A DNA stretch of 64,000 nucleotides from positions 186,001 to 250,000 of IMG/VR virus record IMGVR_UViG_3300026484_000007. One strand, 5' to 3'. Below the pieces are notes generated by a model. It searched no databases, was not told the origin of the DNA, and saw only the letters and a list, made by a program, of their open reading frames with translations. Made by a program: the position numbers and the translations under genes. Numbering within the stretch: position 1 is the stretch's first letter; every line of letters begins with the position of its first letter. Below are positions 59,332 through 64,000 of the stretch, piece after piece.

Positions 59332-60783
59332 ATGGGTAAAAATAACACCGGTAACTCTAGTCCACAAATTCCAGGAATGGAAATTGAAGAACTTGATATA
59401 AAAACTTTAGCAAATTCCGGATCAGGTATTAAAGCAAATAAAATTCATTTAGTTGTTTTGGGTCAATTACCTGGATTCAATTCCGAAATTGATCCAAATT
59501 TTGCTTTAGAAAAATTAAATTTAAGAAACATTCCATTGATTGATTTTATTCCAGTTTCTTATAGTATACCTTTAATTAATAAAATGATGTCAGGAGCTTC
59601 AGAAGGATTATCTAAATTTAGCGCGATGTTAGCTGAAGGTGAATTTGGAACTATGGGATTATATTTAAAAAATGGATTAAGTTCAAGTTATAACTCTTTT
59701 AAATCTCTTCTTTCATCGGCAGCAAATTCTGTCAATCAAAAAGGATTCGTAGGCGCTTCGACATCTGCTCTTGCTGATGGAGTTCAGAATTTGACAAAGT
59801 TAGCAGATTCTACTTCATTGTATAACTATGAAGCTTCTCCAGAAAACGAATGTAATTTTTTATTTAATTTACTTTTAATGAGATACGTGAATTTGAATTG
59901 GGGGGTAGACGCCAAATCGCATATTTCTTCTTACCTTAAAGAAGATAAAAAAAATAAACAAGATGAAGCTAAAATAAAACAAGGATCGGAAGAATACTTA
60001 GGAGTAAGATTAATTGCTGCAAATGATGCTATGTATAATGAATCAATTAGTAATTCATTTGGACAAAATGAAGCTTTAAATGTCTTATCAAATAACCCGT
60101 TAGTTAACGCATTTTCTGGAGCGGCGACGTCTCTTTTCAATAAAGGAGCAAACGCAATTACAAACGCTACAAAAATTAATGCTCTGAATACAGTACAGAA
60201 TCTCCCTAAACTAAGTTATGGAGATGCATTGAAAGTCTTTGAAGGATCTAGTACTGGTAATATAATTACTCAAATTGCTCAAAGTAAATTTCTTGGAATG
60301 AATATAGCTTTACCAAAAGCTTTTAATAGTTCAAATTTTTCGGATAATTTTAGTATAACAGTGAAGTTATCTTCTCCGAGTGGACATCCAATTGATATTC
60401 AAAATTATATTATAAATCCTTTAAAAATTTTCTTATCTATGGCAGCTCCAATTACGCAAAATCTTGAAACATATTATTTACCATTATTATGGAAAGTACA
60501 AGGTTATGGTATTCATAATGATTTAGTAGCTTATATAAATAATATAACTATAATGAAAGGCGGAATGGAAAATTCAGTCAATGATTATCTTCAACCAACA
60601 ATGATTGAAGTAAGATTAACTTTAAGTACGATTTCTGAAACAATGGCTGCTGTAGCTGCTCCAGATGTGCTTGTTTCAGATACAAACGAACGAAACGCGA
60701 TTGGTATGACTACTCCTTTAAGATCAGCTGAATCTATGGACCAATCCAAATATAAAAGAGAAAAATACACTGTGAAATTATAA
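59332..60783 (+). CDS. putative baseplate/tail-tube-initiator-type structural protein
   Basis: follows tape-measure-like gene; C-terminal YINNITIMKG...PTMIEVRLTL tube-like strands. Confidence 0.5.
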   Translation: MGKNNTGNSSPQIPGMEIEELDIKTLANSGSGIKANKIHLVVLGQLPGFNSEIDPNFALEKLNLRNIPLIDFIPVSYSIPLINKMMSGASEGLSKFSAMLAEGEFGTMGLYLKNGLSSSYNSFKSLLSSAANSVNQKGFVGASTSALADGVQNLTKLADSTSLYNYEASPENECNFLFNLLLMRYVNLNWGVDAKSHISSYLKEDKKNKQDEAKIKQGSEEYLGVRLIAANDAMYNESISNSFGQNEALNVLSNNPLVNAFSGAATSLFNKGANAITNATKINALNTVQNLPKLSYGDALKVFEGSSTGNIITQIAQSKFLGMNIALPKAFNSSNFSDNFSITVKLSSPSGHPIDIQNYIINPLKIFLSMAAPITQNLETYYLPLLWKVQGYGIHNDLVAYINNITIMKGGMENSVNDYLQPTMIEVRLTLSTISETMAAVAAPDVLVSDTNERNAIGMTTPLRSAESMDQSKYKREKYTVKL

Positions 60784-60825
60784 TAAAAATACAATAAATT
60801 ATAAAATTTTTTACAAAGGATTCAA

Positions 60826-60999
60826 ATGAAAAAAACAGAAAATGATAAAAATGATAAAAAAATTTTAGAAATAAAAGATCCTTTATCTAAAAAAGATTTA
60901 GAAATAGAAACAATCGTTTGCGATGAATTCTTAGAAGAAGGATCTTTTATAGAAATCGATTTAGACGTTATCGATTTCGTAGAAAAACTTAAAAAATAA
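60826..60999 (+). CDS. small acidic protein (57 aa)
   Basis: AAAGGA RBS; MKKTENDKNDKK...VEKLKK. Confidence 0.6.
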   Translation: MKKTENDKNDKKILEIKDPLSKKDLEIETIVCDEFLEEGSFIEIDLDVIDFVEKLKK

Positions 61000-61055
61000 A
61001 AAAGGATCTTTTTTAGATCCTTTTTAAAAATTAAAAATATAAAGGGAGATTAATA

Positions 61056-61634
61056 ATGTTAGATGATATTCAAAAACCACTTACAACGCTTATAAATATT
61101 TTTAATATTAATTTTATAGTAGGAATTATTTTATTTTCAATCGTTTTTACTATTGGAATGATTTTATTCAAAGATCAAATTAAATATTTATTTTATTCAT
61201 TTATGGATTTTATGAGATCTTTTATAGATCGCAAGTCTACTCAAAAATCTATAAAAGATCAACAGAAGCAATCTTCTTCGTCTTCTCCGCGCGCTCAGCT
61301 TTCTATACAAGAAGCGCAAGAAGTTAGACGATTATTAAACGATATCATTAAAGAAAAATTTAATTTTTATTTAATCAATGAATTATTACCTATGTACTAT
61401 GGTAATAAAAAACCAGATAAAAATGATATTAATGAATTGCAAGAAAGATTTTTCACTGATGTATCGTTATTGATCACAAAGGATCTAAAAAAGATCTTTT
61501 TAAAATATTATACTACAGAAGGTATAAAAATATACATTAATGAACAATTTTTGTATTACGTGAATAAAATTGATAAAGCTTTCTATACTGATCAGACTTC
61601 GATAGTTTCCGACGATTTATATAAATCGATATAA
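61056..61634 (+). CDS. membrane-anchored hypothetical protein
   Basis: N-terminal TM helix. Confidence 0.7.
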   Translation: MLDDIQKPLTTLINIFNINFIVGIILFSIVFTIGMILFKDQIKYLFYSFMDFMRSFIDRKSTQKSIKDQQKQSSSSSPRAQLSIQEAQEVRRLLNDIIKEKFNFYLINELLPMYYGNKKPDKNDINELQERFFTDVSLLITKDLKKIFLKYYTTEGIKIYINEQFLYYVNKIDKAFYTDQTSIVSDDLYKSI

Positions 61635-61696
61635 CAACGTAATAAACGTAAAACGTAATAAAACGTAACAACACGCAACAACGTAAAGGAGAATAA

Positions 61697-64000
61697 ATGC
61701 CTACAAACACAAACAATATAAATCATAAAAATTATAAATTAAAAATTCTTCAAGAGGCATCTTGGGAAGATGCTTTTGAAGATGAAGATCCAGTTGATGA
61801 TGTTGTGGATAGTGCGTCAGCGCTAAACTCTCACGAACAGTCGCTTAAAGCAATATCATCTTTAGAAGATCTCGAAAAGATCGATAAACAGTTTGATTCA
61901 TTATATAAAAATTTTCTTGATAAAAATGATGATATTAATCTTTTTTCAGCGAAAGTTCAACGAATTGAATTGAGTAAAACATCTCAATTATATAAAAGAG
62001 AAAAAGAAAAAGAAGAGCCTGATGATCCTTTCGATGATCATAAACAAGCTCAGGAAGAATTAAATAAACTTTTCAATAATGAATCTAATGATATTCTTAA
62101 GATTTTCCAATCTCAAACTATTCATAATAATAGAAAAGATCTTTATGAGATGTACGATGAAATCGCTGATATAAATTATATTGCGTATAAAATGCTAAGA
62201 GTGTATCTTGATAATATTTTAATTAAGAATGCTCAAACTAAAACATTCATTAATATCAAAGAAAATGAAGATAATAAAAATTTAGCTAAAATCGATGATA
62301 CTAAATTAGATTTTATTAAAAAGATGCTTGATATGTTTTTAGTATTTTTTGATATTCAAAATAAGTTAAAAAACCAAATTGTTCCAAAGACTTTAAAGTA
62401 CGGAGATTTTTATATTGAAGTTGTTGATCTTTCAAAGATCGATAATATTCTTTATAGACAACCTCAATTATTAACTGAAAATTTCGTAATTGAAAATAAT
62501 GGAAGGAAAAAAACTTATAAAAATGTTTCTTACGCTTATCTTGAATTACCGTATAAAGAAAATTTTATGGAGTCTATGGATGCTGAAAACATTAATGAAT
62601 CTAAATTCGGATCTAAAAAAGATTCGATTCATGATTTAAATAATTTAGCTCCAGCAGGCAATAATTTTGAAAATTTGGAAGAATCCTTTCAATACAAACT
62701 TGAAAAATTACGAGATAAATTATCGGCGAGAGTTCTTGAAGAAAGCGATATTCCTTTTTTAAAAAGAAATGATAATGAAGAATTTGATATTGAAAATTTA
62801 TTTAAAATGGATCTTGATAAGATCGAAAATATTTATTTAAGATTACAAGACCCAAGTAAAGTTCTTAAAGTAGAGCAAGATGGAGTACTTTATGGGTATT
62901 TAGTAATCGAAGATGTCGATAGAGAAAAAAATGGGGATGAAGAAGAGATAAACATATACAAACGATTTTTATCGGATAATGAAAGTGGATCAAATGATGA
63001 TGTAAATAAAAATGTTACAAAAAATATTGCTGGAGAAATTTCAGAGAAAATCTCAGAAAGACTTGCGGAATTTATTAATCAGAAAGGTGATTTTGAAGCT
63101 ATTCCAGATGAACTTAAAGCATCATTAAGAGTAATTATTTATCAAAAATTACTTAAGAAATCTAAGATAAAATTTAGATTTTTAGAAACTTCTGATATGG
63201 TAAATTTTCATACAGTGATTGATAAATTTGCTCCATATGGAACGTCAATTTTCGATCCAATTATTCAACCAGTAAAAATGTATACTATTGGATTAATGAC
63301 TTCGATAGTATCAAGACTTAGTAGAGCTGCAGTGATTCGAAAATGGAATATTGAAGTAGGTAATAAAAGAAACTATCAAGCTGTAATCGAGCAAGTTAAA
63401 AAAGATCTTCGTAATAAATCAGTAACATACGATAGTCTTACTAGTATTAAAAATATATCAAAAATGATTACCGATTTTAAAGATATTGCGACAGTTACTA
63501 GAGATGGTCAAAGATTTATCGATCTTGAAGTGATGCCAATGCATGATCGATCTTTACCTATTCAAGAATTACAAGATCTAAAAACAGAATTAATTGCTGC
63601 GACTGGAATTCCTGCGACTTATTTAAATATGCCAGATGCAGTTGATCTTAGAGAGACTCTTGTAAATATTAATATCAATTTTGCAAATACTATTATTAGT
63701 CAGCAAAGTTATATCGAAGATGGTCTGAATATTTTATTTAATATTATTATTAAAAAATTATTAAATTTAAATGGAATACCAGATAAAGGTTTCAATATAT
63801 CTAGTATTTTTAAATTAACTTTAAACACTCCATTAGTACTTCAATTACAACAGAGTGAAGCTCTTGTTGGAAGTATAATTAATATTATTGGAGCATTGAA
63901 TCAAGCTCAGCTTCAGATAGATCCATTAAAATTATTAGAAATGTATATACCTCAAATGAATTGGGAAGCATTGAAAAAATCTGGAGAAGAATTAACTCGA
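61697..64000 (+). CDS. portal protein, T4 gp20-like, partial (runs off right edge)
   Basis: AAGGAG RBS; LKYGDFYIE, PYGTSIFD, SRLSRAAVIRKWNIEVGN, ATGIPATYL. Confidence 0.85.
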   Translation, partial: MPTNTNNINHKNYKLKILQEASWEDAFEDEDPVDDVVDSASALNSHEQSLKAISSLEDLEKIDKQFDSLYKNFLDKNDDINLFSAKVQRIELSKTSQLYKREKEKEEPDDPFDDHKQAQEELNKLFNNESNDILKIFQSQTIHNNRKDLYEMYDEIADINYIAYKMLRVYLDNILIKNAQTKTFINIKENEDNKNLAKIDDTKLDFIKKMLDMFLVFFDIQNKLKNQIVPKTLKYGDFYIEVVDLSKIDNILYRQPQLLTENFVIENNGRKKTYKNVSYAYLELPYKENFMESMDAENINESKFGSKKDSIHDLNNLAPAGNNFENLEESFQYKLEKLRDKLSARVLEESDIPFLKRNDNEEFDIENLFKMDLDKIENIYLRLQDPSKVLKVEQDGVLYGYLVIEDVDREKNGDEEEINIYKRFLSDNESGSNDDVNKNVTKNIAGEISEKISERLAEFINQKGDFEAIPDELKASLRVIIYQKLLKKSKIKFRFLETSDMVNFHTVIDKFAPYGTSIFDPIIQPVKMYTIGLMTSIVSRLSRAAVIRKWNIEVGNKRNYQAVIEQVKKDLRNKSVTYDSLTSIKNISKMITDFKDIATVTRDGQRFIDLEVMPMHDRSLPIQELQDLKTELIAATGIPATYLNMPDAVDLRETLVNININFANTIISQQSYIEDGLNILFNIIIKKLLNLNGIPDKGFNISSIFKLTLNTPLVLQLQQSEALVGSIINIIGALNQAQLQIDPLKLLEMYIPQMNWEALKKSGEELTR

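Noticed and set aside
7449-60794. Short overlapping or antisense ORFs in the track (e.g. 7449, 9845, 10164, 12741, 30226, 30782, 34657, 47619, 48943, 57845)
   Set aside because: Shadow frames of well-supported genes, without RBS or recognisable motifs.
1324-61496. GATC pairs as SeqA sites
   Set aside because: Not supportable from this window: no seqA or dam here, host unknown, and the conserved A-tract spacer and mismatched variants suggest a longer 13-15-bp site.
1-64000. Stop-codon reassignment
   Set aside because: Conserved genes are full length under code 11, and TAA, TGA and TAG all occur at plausible gene ends.

Overview
AT-rich (roughly 25% GC by eye) 64-kb segment of a large tailed (jumbo-type) phage genome, almost entirely + strand. 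It combines T4-like virion genes (gp13-like neck, gp17-like terminase, gp53-like baseplate wedge, tape-measure-like protein, gp20-like portal running off the right end) with a multi-subunit RNA polymerase in six pieces (two beta, four beta'), a primase-helicase, NrdAB, RNase H, endonuclease VII and a two-component system. Some accessory genes suggest a Campylobacterota host (inference). Main findings: (1) the RNAP catalytic motif (NADFDGD equivalent, here GGD|SDGD) is divided between two genes 13 kb apart and in reversed order, each carrying half of an apparently cysteine-independent, atypically split intein, so the active site would be built by protein trans-splicing; (2) a ~400-nt structured ncRNA containing a circularly permuted tRNA-like domain and a 12x7-nt periodic tract; (3) a family of ~12 glycine-zipper proteins with prohead-protease-type leaders, some with EF-hands or a lysozyme domain and one with a candidate -1 frameshift; (4) a GATC-N7-GATC motif repeated throughout, including in coding sequence, plus a ~130-bp intergenic repeat family, a conserved post-terminator motif and three GC-rich hairpin cassettes. 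All calls are from reading the sequence and recognising motifs; no searches were run.
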